Shown one piece after another: positions 42,201-57,100 of a DNA stretch of 64,000 bases. The translations under genes were made by a program, and so were the position numbers. Source of the DNA: Balanoglossus misakiensis (Eukaryota > Animalia > Hemichordata); assembly GCA_040954595.2 (NCBI GenBank), contig CM082586.2, forward strand, positions 7,347,337-7,411,336, read 5' to 3'. How positions within the stretch are numbered: the stretch's first letter is position 1; the number at the start of each line of letters is the position of its first letter. The notes under the pieces are model-generated. The model did not search any database and was not told where the DNA came from. It saw only the letters and a program-made list of their open reading frames with translations.

Positions 42201-45200
42201 ACCGAAAATATCGCTTTGTTTATATTCCCCCCCCCCCCCCATTACTGATAATGAAATAATATTTTCAATTTTCACTTTCTTATCACAGGCACCTTAATAC
42301 AGGCCACGGTGTTCGCGTTTGGGATACAGACAAACATCTAGCAAATGGAAGTCAAGCAATAATGGTTGCATTTTGTCTCTTTGGTGCTGCCATACGCGCG
42401 AGGCCGTAGCAAACGCCATTGATATCCCACAACCCACTGCACGACTGGTGAATCTGTGGTGTATTTTCAACAGCCGGATCATGAAGGTAAAGAAAATTCT
42501 CACGTATTATTATTTTCAAAGTGTCTGAAAAGAAATTCGGGGAGAGCATAATTACGCATCAATATCTAGATTTTTAAAAATATGATATCTCCCCATATGT
42601 ATACCTTGAGTTAATTAGGTTTTGTCGTGGTAAAAAAAACCCCAAAGAGACAGGTAGGGATATCCTCATTAAAGTTATAAATCACCCTTTTCAAAAGTCT
42701 AGCGCCCCCATGCAGCCACCACGAATTTGAACTCAAAGCGAGGCCAATAGGGAAAGTTGACCAATCACATCAAGGGGATTTCTCAATTCGCCTCGCTTTG
42801 AGTTTAAATTCATGATGACTGCATGAGAACTCTAGACTTTATGAAAAGGGTGTATCGGTATATAAAGTTATATACTTTCATGACAAATGCTAAATCGGAC
42901 AAATAGGTCGGAAAGTTTAAAAATATATGCCTGCTTCATATTTTGCTAACTCTAAATATGGTCACGATCATCAAATATGAGAGACACGATGAGGAAGCGA
43001 ATAATTCTGGCGTCTGATAAAATGTGCGCGTTGTGTATTTCATTCCATGGTTACAACTGTGTGGGCGAAGAGCATTGTGAAACGTGCCGTTGCCAGGCGC
43101 CTGAGGTAGAGCCTACGTGTGCTGTTCAGTCTAAAAGAACTTTTCTCTAAATATGGTCGTCACAGAAGTCATAATCCATTATAGTTTTGACCAAATATTT
43201 TGAAACTTTATGAAACTATAAATTAATAACGAATGTCTCGATCTTTTCGTATCGTGACCGGATAAACGTATTTTCTTAGATTTTTTCAAAGGCTGCGGCA
43301 CGAGTGGAAATGGTTTTATTTTACCATTTGCGTCTTTTAAATTAAACATCGCGACATCGTTTGAACCAAACTGAAATATTTAGTATACTGCCGCATTTAT
43401 AGCATGAGAATAGTTGAATACAACGTGAAATGACATCGTCTTTCTGTAGGCTGATACAGCAATACAAATATCCACCAACCCATTTTCTTTGCTCTCAGAC
43501 ACCGATTGATTAAGTGTGAGTTCTAATGAACGACAATTGTGGCCACGACACAGCAGCGGTTTCAAATTTGTATTTTGTCAATGACATCTGGCTATTGAGC
43601 AATGAGTACGGTCATGATGTTTTTAGTATCAAAGTTTTTATTAAGAGCAGGCGCAGCAGACAGTTTAATATAGTTTGTAATCTGGGTGTGAATCAACAAC
43701 GTTATGCAACTGAAAGGGGGATATAGCTTAAGGCCTTCTGAAAGATATATGATTTCGCACCTAAAGAAACCAAATGGCAAAGAGATACAAAAGTTCGCAA
43801 ATTATACAGGAATGATAGTAAGATCTAGATTGTAACAATAAACTATTCAGTGGGTCTCTTCTAATGCGACTTTTTGGACTTTTCATCTTAGTAATCTGTA
43901 TTAAACACAGAGTATTGTCGCAGCGTGTTCATGTCAGAAAAATAAAGTATCTTGGATATCTCCGTCATACTGTCGCCATAGAAACGGCGAATGGGTTGAT
44001 TGTACCGCGACAGTCGAATGAAATTCGCGGCATTTTCAACGCCATTTTAACCCCGCGGGAATTTCGTGATGTGTAGGGATTTCACGATCCGCCGCGTTCA
44101 GGCAAACATTTCAGATCAAACTCCTTCAAAAGTTTTGAAAGTGTTACTTGAGGGCGCATCCATTTAACCGAGAAATCTGGTTCACTGTACTATACTCGTA
44201 ACCGACTCCACTAACCATCGGAAATGTCAAATAGCCTTACTGACAAGCCTAACTGCATTAGAAAATTCGGGTTGTTAAGTTAACTGTGGGGTTGTCCACC
44301 CTAAATTGATTTAACCTATCACGGAGAACACCGAACCTGGTGACATTCATTTCAAGCCAATACATGTACACCCTTTTCATAAGTATAGCGCCCTCACGCA
44401 GCCACCATGAATTTGAACTCAAAGCGAGGCCAATGGGAAAAAAGTTGACCAATCACAACAAAGGTGTTCTGTGATACCGAGAATTCAAGTGACATTTCTG
44501 GGCTTCGGACTTGACATTTGAAACAATCTTCCGCTGACGATTCAGTATCCCTTTAGCATTCCACATCTCTCTCTCGACATTTAGAAGTTGCTGCACTTTT
44601 AAGCCAATACAAGAAACCTATTTATTCCCTTGGGCGTCTGCTTTGCCGAAACCGACGCAGTTTTATACCATGCAAATCGGAGGATATTAGCAGAAACATA
44701 AATGGAAGATTAAAGGAGATCTATACGACAATTAATTGGTTTAACATTTTAATTAGTGGATATTAAAGCTAATCGTCGAAGGTAGCTGCACGTGGCGAAA
44801 TATATAGCGAAAGTTTTAAATCAGCTAACGTGATTTTTTTATCTTTTACGTTGAAGCCGTTGGCAAGAATGATATTCCGGACCTCTGGTTGTAATGCATC
44901 TAATAAATTTTGCTGTGAGGTAAGTCTTCTCTCTCTCTCGATTTTTCTTACTGAGTGATAAAAAACGAGACAGAACCGCCAATATGTCAACGATCTCAAC
45001 TGATCTGCAAAGCTTATAGCGAAGAAAAATGATATCATGATCGAGAAATTTCACTTCGGGGAGATTTGCAATTCGGCGAATCTCGCGTCACTGTAAGAAG
45101 ACGTAATCCATTGCCACGCAGGCAGCTTCATAATCAAAAGGTTTCTGGGCCGCGCAGACATTGACAGAGAAAAACAAGTCGAATAAATCCGGGATGTCTT

Positions 45201-48200
45201 AATCAAAATTAGGCTACGGTGACTTTAGGACTACCTTTTATCTCACGGTCCTGTAATTTTCCATCCATCGATCGGTTAATAACCTGAGCATCAGACAATG
45301 CACAGTCAGTTCTGGCGCCAAAGTCTTATTTATCGAACAATTCTGCTCATCCGGGAGAGATTCTGTTTCACTAATACAAGATGACAAACTGACTTCAGGA
45401 AAACTGCATTTTGCACGCGTTATTAATCATCATTTATAAATTGACACTTCCGGTGTCGGATGCAGTCAGGCAGCTCATCTCACTGTTTGTCAAAATGTGT
45501 GCAGGCAGGCAGGTATCGACGATCATGTTATTTTTACTTGAGCGTCGCCAGTTGCTATAAGCCACATGCTTTCCAAACCTCCAGTGTTTCGCTACATTTA
45601 TATTTTTGTTGTTGTCATGGGAATACACAATAATAAAACCATCAAGGATTTATTTTATGGTAATATTAATTTTAGACCGGTTTCTACCACAGCAAAATTT
45701 AATTCATTGCAATGAGCCGCCTGTCTCCGTGCGTTCATAAACTGTGACGCTGATGCAATTTCTCAGAGCACATTGAATGTTAGCGTGGATATTTTACAAG
45801 CCCCGTGTGAAATACCTGCTATAGAACAACCCCCGTCTGGAACATAGCTCCGTTGCAGGGATTCCAACTTACATAAACAGCCTGCTCGCATCTGACACCA
45901 TAAAAAATATGAAAGTCTCGGCTGTCGACATTTTCAAAGAATCTGAGTGCCAGGCATAGACTTTTTATGTGCAACCTGTGTATAGTGAGTACATTGATTT
46001 ATACAGGGTGGTAATAATTTTCTGCTTGCTTTAACAGCGGTGATTTATTGGGTCGCCAATCCTTTGAACAAAATGGATGGCATCAAAGATTGCGCGGCCC
46101 TTATGAGGTGATTTCGTGACGATTTCGATGCCCCGTTAAACAACCTGAATCGCCAGATGGCAAAAATAATGAATCAAGGGGTGCTCAAGCGTCTTCGATT
46201 TTTCAAGTTGTCTGGGAGATGAATATCTCCTTCGAAGGTAGCTCTGTTTGCAGCGAGACAGCGAGGAAATCTCTGCGTCACCTTTTTGACTAGAAGAAGG
46301 TTTTAATTGTGTCTGTGTTTGCCGTCAGGGGCCAGACTTGTGCCTGAAGACACATACACCTTCTTTTGATGAGATTAGCCTGGATTCACATTTGAAGGAT
46401 ATTTACAATGCTGTTCTGATTATTAATTTGAAAGGGATGAATAGTTGATATGACATTATTTTCACCCATTGGGGAGAATGCACAGTTACTATGGATATTG
46501 CTGAGTTTTTTTACATGCATGGATAAAAAGGAGGCATTTTGCTTAGAATTATCGATGTATGTCAAAGCGCCCATAAGTATATCACAGAAAGCAAGATTGC
46601 GTAAGTTCGCACACCTAGCAAAATTTACAGTCATTACTGTGCATCGCTTGAGGGGTACATGATGATTCAAAATTGCTATAATCATCTGCTGCATGGAAGA
46701 AAATGAAAGGAAACCTCAGGAAATTATTTAATTACACATGCGTGTTTTCCTTTAAAGGCGAACTCAATGTGTAACCCGACGAACAAATGTAGTTCTAAAG
46801 GATGTTGGTTTATAACGGCAGAAATGCAGCTTTACAAGGTGCAAAGGAAACAGGTGATAATTCAGCTCTTGCAGTTTCTCTCATAGCACACGAAATTGTC
46901 ACGTGATTGAAGCATACCCGTCTACAGGTCCTGTCATTGATTTCGCGAAACGTGGCCATCGACGCATCTGCCGTGGTTTGTCCCTTCGTGCAAGTCTTAT
47001 AAGCTTGCGTCTCACGCCACCACATATATAACTTGACTCATATGCGTTCAAGAGGGGGTTGGCGAATGTAGTGCCTATACGAGATGCAAAAAAGATCACG
47101 TGAAATGATTCGGAGAAAAAATCACCCCCCCCCCCCATTCTGTCATGCTATAAGTTAAGTTAATTTCAGTGGATGCCGATCAGGTTATATTTAGCATGTT
47201 GAAACCAGCGGATTGATATTAACAAGGGTCAGATTCAGCCCAGCCTGCATGCATCAGTCTGCATATTTCACTGGTTGTCGTCCCTTCAAAAAAAAAGCTT
47301 CGATTTCCGATCACTAATGGATGCCCTTTAGCGTAAATTTTGAAAGTAGGATTGTCAAGCTTGTGAGTTGACGTGTTGGTTTTCAGGCTGGTCTCACTAG
47401 GCGTGTCCCAACTGTAGGTTATGTTCTTCGTTTACTCAATTTACATGTTATGTCTGTGGGACATATATTTAATGATGTAAAACATGGATAAGTTCTCGTC
47501 GTAGCAAAACAAGACACGTTATTACAAAAGTTTCATATTTATATGGCAAAAGTTAAACATTCACATCAGTAACCACATAGGTTTTCACGTTCACTGGTGC
47601 GCTTTTGGAACGGTGTCAGAATGTGTCGTGCCACGAATCGTTCAGAATTAAATTAATCCATTAATTTAGCAATACCCTGATTTTTAGTCACGTACGATCA
47701 CGACCCCGTATCGATAACCTAAGACACATGCAGTTATTAAAATACCAAAATTGGTGTGGGGGGGGGGCAACATTTCACTGAGCAGAACAAATCAAACCAT
47801 CTAACATATATACGAATACTAAAATGATTTAGACTAATCTACACTACAGTTACAATGCGCATGTGCGATCCTGATTTGCATAACTGACACTCGGGGGTTT
47901 TGCAAGAAGGTAAGCAGTCGATAATCGTTCAAAATGATAAATAAAACATCGATTATTGTCCACACAGACTTCTTCCATTGTGCGTGTCTGTTAATGATGT
48001 ACTTACAGCCCCGATCTCCAGATATCGACAGCGGTAGTTTTAAGACAGTATTGTTCCATTAGAGAGAGAAAAATCCATAGTTAACACGTGCAAGGAATGT
48101 TACACACGGCGCTAGTTTCTGCACCGACATCGCTCTTTGTCTCTGGTTTATATTACATTGCCGCAAGATATAACAGTCTGCAAATGTTTCTGAATAGATA

Positions 48201-51072
48201 GCTGTGGATTTACTCCTAGTAAAAGTGCCAACAGGGGCATGTAGATCTGTCTTTCTTATGGAAGCGGTTTTCTTTGCGTCCACCGTTGTCGTTTCATGAC
48301 ATTGGTAAATGGTACAAGGATTCTCGTCCATAGTTTCCAAGACTACACGTACTTAAATCCTTTTTGTCGTTAATCCACCATGTGCGAATTTACAGGTGGA
48401 GCGTGTGGACGTTTTACGACTTTTCCTAGAACATTAGGAATATAGCAAACTTGAAATTAATAGGCATATTTTGTCATAATGTTCAATTTTTGTGGTTGCG
48501 CCATTTCTCAAGTCGGATAAGATGATACAGTTCCTTCTCCACCTTAAGGCCACTGTTACTGAAATGACATTTTACATGACATTGCAGGCTTCCATTTCAC
48601 ATGTTAACCAAGTACATATTGAATAGATGTAGCTAGTAATTCCCTTAATTCGATTGACCTTTCGTTCCGGAAGTAGATCATTCTGGATGCTCTTACTAAC
48701 ATCTAACATGGACTCCATTTATAACTGTCCTCATTGCATCTTAATATTATTTGTTGAGTTAAAATGGACCGCTCACTGATCTTGAATAGGGAGTTTAGGC
48801 TGACACAATAATTCAAGGGACTCGGGTCATTTATATGATGTGAACGTGTCGCGGAATTGATTTTAACGTCTATTATTCCGAATGAATGTTTTTGCATCAA
48901 CCGTCTGTTTTCCTCCCGTGCGATGCGGGACGTGACAAGTCATACATTATCTGTAAAAGTTCAAATAGGCGATTAACCGCGATTAAAGGGCGACGATCGT
49001 CTTATGCGCATGTGCCAAAACAGAGATTCCGGTTACAAAAATTGTATAAGTCAATGCCATAAGGCAGTGTGCCGTCCTAAAAACAAACAAGATGGCGGCA
49101 ACCATAGTCTCTGTCGGAGACTGGGAAAAGACAGCAAATTGGGTGAAAAGGGGACAAAACTAAAGTCTAATATATACGGTTAGCATGAAATTATGGAACG
49201 AGGCAAAGGCAGATCACTATTTTAATGCGTCGAATGAAAAATTTGCAGAACGTACGCACATGCGCATAAGACGATCGCCGACCTTTATAAATGCCTTACA
49301 CATGCATTGATGCTCTGCTCACAGCTGAATCTTCCAGTGTTGTTTACTTCGTCTCAATCTAATTCAAATGAAGTAACCACCGCCACTTTCTATCGCAAGC
49401 CATAGTAATTAACTGGCCACCTAAGTTCTTCAGCACTTAACGCGGGAAGTCACACCGTCCTATATTTTCTTTTAAACGGCGCCGACCGCAACGGGCGTTA
49501 TACTCCGGGGATTGGCGAGCTGACAGCACCGCTGTTTCATCGATGCTGCCCTCGCAAAAGGTATTCTTAACAGCTTTAACCAGAGGCGAACTCTTGATGG
49601 GAGATCAACGAACGTTACAGCAGAGAAGTAATTGTGTTCCTGTGTGTAATAATGCGTTCATAGCCTTTCGTAAATTGATGACTTGATTCAATCGAAAAGG
49701 CGTTCTCGTACTTTGATAATTGATCACGAAAAAATATGTCCCTTGTTGAATGTATGTATGTACAAATGTAGCACATGCCCGCAGTTCATCAACGCGTATG
49801 TTGACGAAAGGCCAAGTGAAATTGCTGCATGATACGCTTATAACCACGGGTGGTATGGGGGACCTCGATTCTGACTTTGCTTGTCACGTCGACATTCTGT
49901 AGTACAGGGATGTGTATGAGCAGTTTACAGTGCACACATTGCCAACGCGCTCCTCATGAATTCGGGCAAGGGAAATATGTGATTGCTTCGATCTCCGGCT
50001 TCCATTGGGAATACAGCTCGAACGTCCATATACAACTCAGTTCGGTTGTTTTTTTCCTTCAAACGGTGGACAGTTGCCTTTGACAGATGTAATGCAATTA
50101 AAGAAGCGAAATCACTCTGGGAATGGTAATGCTGCAATCAGCGAGGCAAATATCGTGTTTCCTTCAGGACATCGAAAATGCTCGATTCATTGAACTCACA
50201 CTGAAAATGCAACTGCTGAATGTAAAGAGAACAGTTACCACTTTGAACAATTAAGGCTAATTTTACGAGCAATAAAATAATGCATTATTAAGCGATCGGT
50301 GAAACTTAACTTTACCCTAGATAAATGCAACAACTACTGATCAATCTTTGGTCCGAATCAGGTTCATATTCAAACAGTATTGCAACACCTATTGCTCAAT
50401 CTTTAGCCCGAATCAGGTTCATATTCAAACAGTATTTTCGTAATTAATCATCAGTTGTCACTGTGCCCAGAAATCGACCACATATTGTGACGTCGTCACA
50501 TATACACGTATAGATTTACTGTACTTGAACGAATAAAATGTAGGGGAAACAATGCAATAAAATTTGCAAATGCTGAGCGTTGAAGACGGCAAAGCAGTCA
50601 CGCGAAGTTAAAGCAACCGTGAAACATGGAAGATTAATAAAACAATCAACAATACTAAGAGAACAAAAGAACCATTGTTACAGATTAAGTACAAAGTTAA
50701 TTACATAGACATTGAAATATTGGTGAACACACACACCTGGGCCGTCAACATAATGACACATGATCTGCGCAGCCGCAATTTGCCCATGTAACCGTGATTT
50801 TGGCTTACTAATAGTAATACTACGACTACATCCACTCGCTGCACCATTCTCTGAAATACACAACAAGCCACAGAAAATTTAATTTGAATATTCATCACTG
50901 GATTCAACGTAAAATCTGAGGGATTATTTTTTGAGTGTGCGTGCGCATGTCGCGTTAAAATTTATGCACTTGCATTATGATGTACATGTAGCTTGATACA
51001 AGAACATGCATTTTACCTATTGCGCAATGAAATTAAATCTTTGGAGTGTTTATGTTACAAGCTATGTCGATC

Positions 51073-51105
<33 letters not shown>

Positions 51106-54100
51106 GTGATGGTGATGATGATGATGATGGTGATGTGGTGGTGGTGGTGGTGGTGGTGGTGGTGGTGGTGGTGGTGGTAGGGCTAATGATGGTGGTAGGC
51201 CGGGGAAGTGCCCTGGTTGCTATGGTTGTGGTGGAAATTTAGCAGTGAGAATACGTATGCACATTATCTAGCTGCAGAAGCCATTTACTCAAATTAATGA
51301 CTGAAACATATAGCGGCGGTTAACATTAAACGTATCAATTTGAATACCATTCCCCGTATGCACGACTTTCATGGGTAAGTTGTAAACATGATATGAACTC
51401 AAAGCTATAAAATTATGCACCAGTTTTATTTTTGTACATTTTGAAGCAAGCAGCCTTGCAACAACTAAGATGGACAGTTTGTATGCAAATTGTATGTAAA
51501 TTCCCACGTCATCTATAAAGTTTCACTGGGTCAAAATCAAGATTGGATTGTTCATAAATTTCAAGGGATAGAAGCAAGTACCGTCTTCTAATCGCTTGAC
51601 TATGACGTTACACGTACTTGCATATGTACGTACATGTACCAAAATCTCTCATTTAAGGCAAGAATCCAAGCATAGGATCAAAAGGCAACCGCTTTGCTAG
51701 TCTGTTCTCATAATTGTCTGAGTTGAATGCCGCTCTCTCATTACCCACCTGACTAACTGCAAGTCGTCAACTGAAAGAAATTAGACTATTTTTGCTGAAT
51801 TTGTACAACAAAAGGACCGTATAAGACGACACTAGAACGATGTGTATGACAGAACTATAGTTATACCCGTATCTTTGAAAGCTCTGTACCAGATACCCGG
51901 AGAATAAAACTCATTTTCTCCTTCGTTTAATTTGGATCGTTCGGTGATTGAGCTGGGTACCCTCGACTGCAAACCCAAATTGACGAGATTTTCCAGAGTT
52001 GAATTTTAAGTGTTCTTTCTTATCGCTGACGAAACAAGCGGGTTGGCGCTGCACGCGGTACTGTGTCACTTCCCTGAGGTGGGACTTGTTCGTCGTGACG
52101 CGGCGGCAGTGTTTGTGTTACGTGATATAACAGTGTATAACTCTGTTTGAGAATATCTTTCTTGAAGGGTATGTTTCGCATTAGCAGTAAGTTTCCTCAC
52201 GAGTGATTATCATCAGCGCGAGCAAATCTGATTCGTTTTCACAAGATCTGATAGCCTCAACTTTAGAAATGGATGTAACGAAATACCATGCATGGGAGAG
52301 GTATGGCACGAGATATGATGTTATCGTTATCATCATACTAAATGCACAGACAGTCAGGTTACTGGTGTACACATTTTACTATTATATTCACAATGGCATA
52401 AGAGTGTAGTCTTTCAGTCGCTATACGCAAGAATTGCCACTGTTGGCAAATACACCATGATACTTATCGCTAAAATGCCGTGTGGTGTGGCAAATTTTTT
52501 TGCGCAAAAACACTGCAACATGTGATTGCGTCGTGACATTCTAAATTATCTTGGAAAAAAGAACCTTATAAAACAACTGTGCATTTGAGTTCTTAAACCA
52601 CGGGACGTTATCAGCCATCCAAAAGACCTGGGCTGCGCAGACAAATCTCGCCAATGATGTACGTAATTCTACACCAGTCAAATTACTAGTCTCGAGAAAG
52701 GGCATTTATAATGTGGGCTCAAACGGAAATCGGGATATAATAAGACATGTAAAGTGGTGTCATTATAATGATTGTAATCCTCCCAACTACGCATTGCCAC
52801 GTGACTGTAACAGCTATGTGATCTCGGACTTTTGAAACATTTCCTTTCTCAAACATCGCCCTGACAAATTGCATACTTCAGATAAATAATAACCGTTGAA
52901 TAAGTTAAGTCTAGTATTGGCCAAAGTTCATGAGATAACCATGGTTCTGATAATGACAAATTTGCCTAGTATTAGTCACATATTAATCAATTTCAAGTAT
53001 ACTAGATTGTAAGTTGTGAGTGGCGGAGTGCCGATGATGCTCTGTGAAATCGTTGTTTTATTACTAGACTACATTTGACAGCAAAGAAGCAACTTAAGAA
53101 AACATAGTTTCTCGTTTTGATGTCTGTTTGAATAAATTCAAAGATATTTACACGTTAATTGATTATACACTTTGCGACGACGAAAACACTTTGTTATGAA
53201 CCGCCATACCCATTAGTCATGTTGTCACTACAATCCATGTTATATCCAATAATTTGTAAAAATAAAATACCGATAATAAAATATCATCACGAGTATTATA
53301 AGCCATAACTTTAATCTGAGACGTGAGGAAATCCGCTAATGCTTTCGAGTGAAGTTGAAATGCCCTCTTTCAAGAAATTGCAATTCAAGTCGTCAATAAA
53401 AGGTTTTATATTGATAACACAACGAGGGAAGTTCTCTATAAATTCTCGATGCTGTCGGAATATTACAAACAGGAAGCTTTACTGTCCGTGTTCTTATTAA
53501 CCAGGCCCGTATTACACAATATAAAAAGCCCGGGGCAATTTGGAAAGGGAAATCGCCATACTACGGCGACTTTTACATTTGCGTGTAGTGCATCACAAGG
53601 ATAAATATATGTTGATCACGTACACATCGGAACAAGCATGGTACCCTGGAGTTCTCTGCGTGTGATGTATCACCAAGAAGCACGGAGAGGAAGGCGAGAA
53701 TTTACCCTACTGACATATATTATCGTAGAGGGATTTTAAATTCTATAACCAAGCTTGTTTATTTTGCAAAGCTAATGATTTATTAAAAGAGAGATGTCGT
53801 GTTCGTACACACACAGCTAAATCAGCACACCCAGTAACAGGGTCAAGGTTGGAGTTCTGTGGGGCCCACTTTTAAATGGTTTGGCCCAAATCCATTATTT
53901 TTCTATGGCAAAGTTGGAACTCTAAATAGGAAACTGGGGGTGTTAGGGTTAACATTAATCTGTCAACCGTGTCTGATATTAATATTTGCGTTACCTCAAT
54001 CAAACCGTTTCCTGTTTATGCCATTAAAGGGAAATATGTCAGAAAACTACGTTTAACCAGCAAAGATGATGGGATCCCACATGTGTGCATGCACTTACAC

Positions 54101-57100
54101 AGATCGAAATCTCACAGCTCAGTACGGCATTATCAGTAAAGAATTTTCTTTTGATGTCCATATTCAGATATTTTCGCCAAGAAAATTCCACTTTACGTAA
54201 GTGTATTCATAGATTTTTCCATCGACCTTCATGGTATATAGCAACTTGATTTTACTTCATCGTTTCGTCGTTTTCTGGCGATAACTTGGATTGAAGTGTT
54301 TTCGATTGACACATGTTTCTTTGGCATAGTAAATTTGCAAAACCGAATTCTAGCATTATTACGAGTGGTGAAGTATTCATGATGACGTAGACTGTGGAGA
54401 AGATTGTTTTCTCTCTAAATAAGAGTAAGACATGCAAGAATGTATCTTAAACTTAATGAATGCAATATAATCAAATCTGTGTACGATTTCTAACTCGACT
54501 GCCGTATACACATCTCATCACACGGCTCACTTCTCAGTCCAGTCATGTACGCCCAACCATGTGCAAGTCCGTTCCGTATTAACACACACCGCCGTGCATC
54601 TATTCTCCGGAAACACTAGACTCTGTGCGCGGGTCAGAGTTCCAATTCTTTACTATCAATCACGTGATCTGGCAATGTGTCACATGGCGCAGTCATTTCC
54701 AGATGACGGGCAAGCAATATTTCGGCATCCAGTAAAAGTTTTTCCGAGTATGTTTTTACTTTAGAACCGCCAAACACATAACATGTATCGGGTATGTTGC
54801 CTCATCAGCCTCATTGCATTTCGTCTGCACAGTCTTTGTCTGCACCACGTAAGTCCACGTTGCTGAAGTTGCCGTCATCTGGAAATTTGAATGCGAACGT
54901 AACTGCCACCTAAGCGCGTCTGACGTCATTTGATAGCGAAGAATTGCTTGCGGGCGTATCACGACAGGCATCGATCACCGAGGCCTTGTGACCTTCCCAA
55001 AGAGTGTTTGGATTTGCGACGTGACAAATAATCTATTCAATACGATGACCTTCTTTTGGAAATCGCCAGAGGGAAGACCCGTATGCTTCATTACCCTGTT
55101 CAACGCTCAGAATATTAGCCTACTTTTTTGTCACAAAACACATTTACTTAATGCGCCCAGCATGCGCTCCAGACAGCATCTGTCTGCAATGTTAGCGGGC
55201 ATGAAATTGCACCTGACCCGCTTTTAACAGAAAAAAAAAAACATGATAGCACCTTTTATTGTCAAAATATCTGTTAACGCCGCTCAAGTGTTTGATTGCT
55301 CTTATTGGCCGTCGAAATACATGTAACATTCATTGCCACCCACGATGATTTTGACAAGAGAGTACAGCTGTAAAAATGCCACGTTCTGTGACATTTTATG
55401 ATTAAGTGACATTTGAGAAAGGGTGGGGAATTGAAAAAAAAAAACAATATCACCCCCGTCACGCTCAATGTTTGAATAACAGGTGAACCCACCAGGCACC
55501 GCCCACGTAAAGCGAGGGCTATAAACATTTCAGCACACGATAAACATCTGTACATACATGTGTAGGTTGGCCACAGAGCATGCGGTGACATGTGTATTAC
55601 TATTATCGAAACACGACTCTTCCTACAAACTAACTCCTATCTTTTTCGCCTAATCAGACAACTTAGAGAACAACTGGCAATGTGCGTGACGCCTGTGTGA
55701 CCTTACAGTCGCGTTGGTATCCGTGTGAATATGCAAATTTTCATACCACAGTCGAGCACGTTTGTGAATACAATAGGGTTATTCGCAAAATACGACAATG
55801 TATCATGTAAGGACGAGGCCTACGCGTGCTCGGTGTATAGGACATTTGCATGACCTCTACATGACCTTAAATCCTCGTACTTCTGTTGGTATATGATTGA
55901 CCAGTAACACCTCTACAAAAACTCCATAATTGCAGCTGTAGACAATACTTTATGTCCTGAATTACAAAAGGGACTCTATTTCAAGCAGCGTTTTACAAGT
56001 TTCTTGTCCCAATATGTTGACATTGACAACCCCATACCAGCGGAAGTACAAGGATGTAAGGTCATAGAGGGGTCATAAAAGTGACCAATTGGTCCACTAT
56101 TAACAGGCGTCGGGAGCCCGAGTCCGTATTTTGTGCGTAACCCTCGTTCGGCATGAAATGTTCATAACGCCATCTTTAATTTCGAAGAGCGAAGAACCGT
56201 CAGCCATGAAATCAAAGCAGACGAGAAGTGAAAAAACCTGTCACAAAATTATGCAAATGTGTGCATCTAGTCAAACATAGCTTCAGTACACATCAATGAA
56301 CCGTATTGGAACACATCGTGCTGTACAAATACGGCGACGTATTGTGCGACAGAATGCCATAGGTTACGGCAGTAGGTGTATAAATGATGGAGAAAATGCA
56401 ATTTCCCGGTTACCAAAGCAAGTATACATGTAAGGTCGCTTAAGGACCCTAAAAATTGGACAATTATGAAGGTAACGAGTGATATTGATTGCAGAACAAC
56501 ACAAAATTCGAACTCACCACTATTGTATCTGTAGTCTTCGTCGCTTGCATAACCGTTCGGGCAGTTTGTGATACCGTCACATTTCAACCTTGGGTCTATG
56601 CACACTGCTGTGTGAGTGGCACCGGTGAGCTGTTCGCACAAGTGACAATCTGATGTTCCTGCCAAGACAACACCAGAAGAGCATAAAACGTGAATATTCA
56701 ACACATATTTAGGCCAAAAATTGACTTTGACGTGGTGATCGTAGTGTTGTTGTCTTTGTAGGTGGTGGTGGTGATGATGGTGGTGGTGGTGGGGGGGGGG
56801 TGGTCGTCGTCGTCGTCGTCTTCGTAGAAGTAGTAATGTTTGTTGTTGTTGTTGTTGTTGTGATGCTCCTGCCCAGAGCATAGCATGTATGTTCAACATA
56901 TTTTTGTACGCTTGCGTATATTTTTTCCCTTTGAATATGTTTTACACATATTTCAGCTGGAAAACTTCAAACCTACTATTATTGGTGTTACGATTGTACT
57001 ACGAATGCATATAATTTAAATATCAGTGGTGGATGAATAAGGGTGTACGTCATTAACATAGCGTTAGCTGTAGTAGCCATACACCTGTGTATTTTGAATA

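Noticed and set aside
50341-50436. Repeat-spacer-repeat pattern resembling CRISPR
   Set aside because: Only two units with a 14-nt gap, eukaryotic intron context, no cas genes; a simple local duplication.
51006-51242. ORF with poly-Asp and poly-Val (TM-like) stretch
   Set aside because: Translation of a GAT/GGT microsatellite.
41850-56510. Possible nested gene in the 14.7-kb intron (short ORFs at 46.4, 48.1, 49.9, 54.8 kb)
   Set aside because: No recognisable domains or consistent exon chain found by eye; cannot be fully excluded without RNA data.
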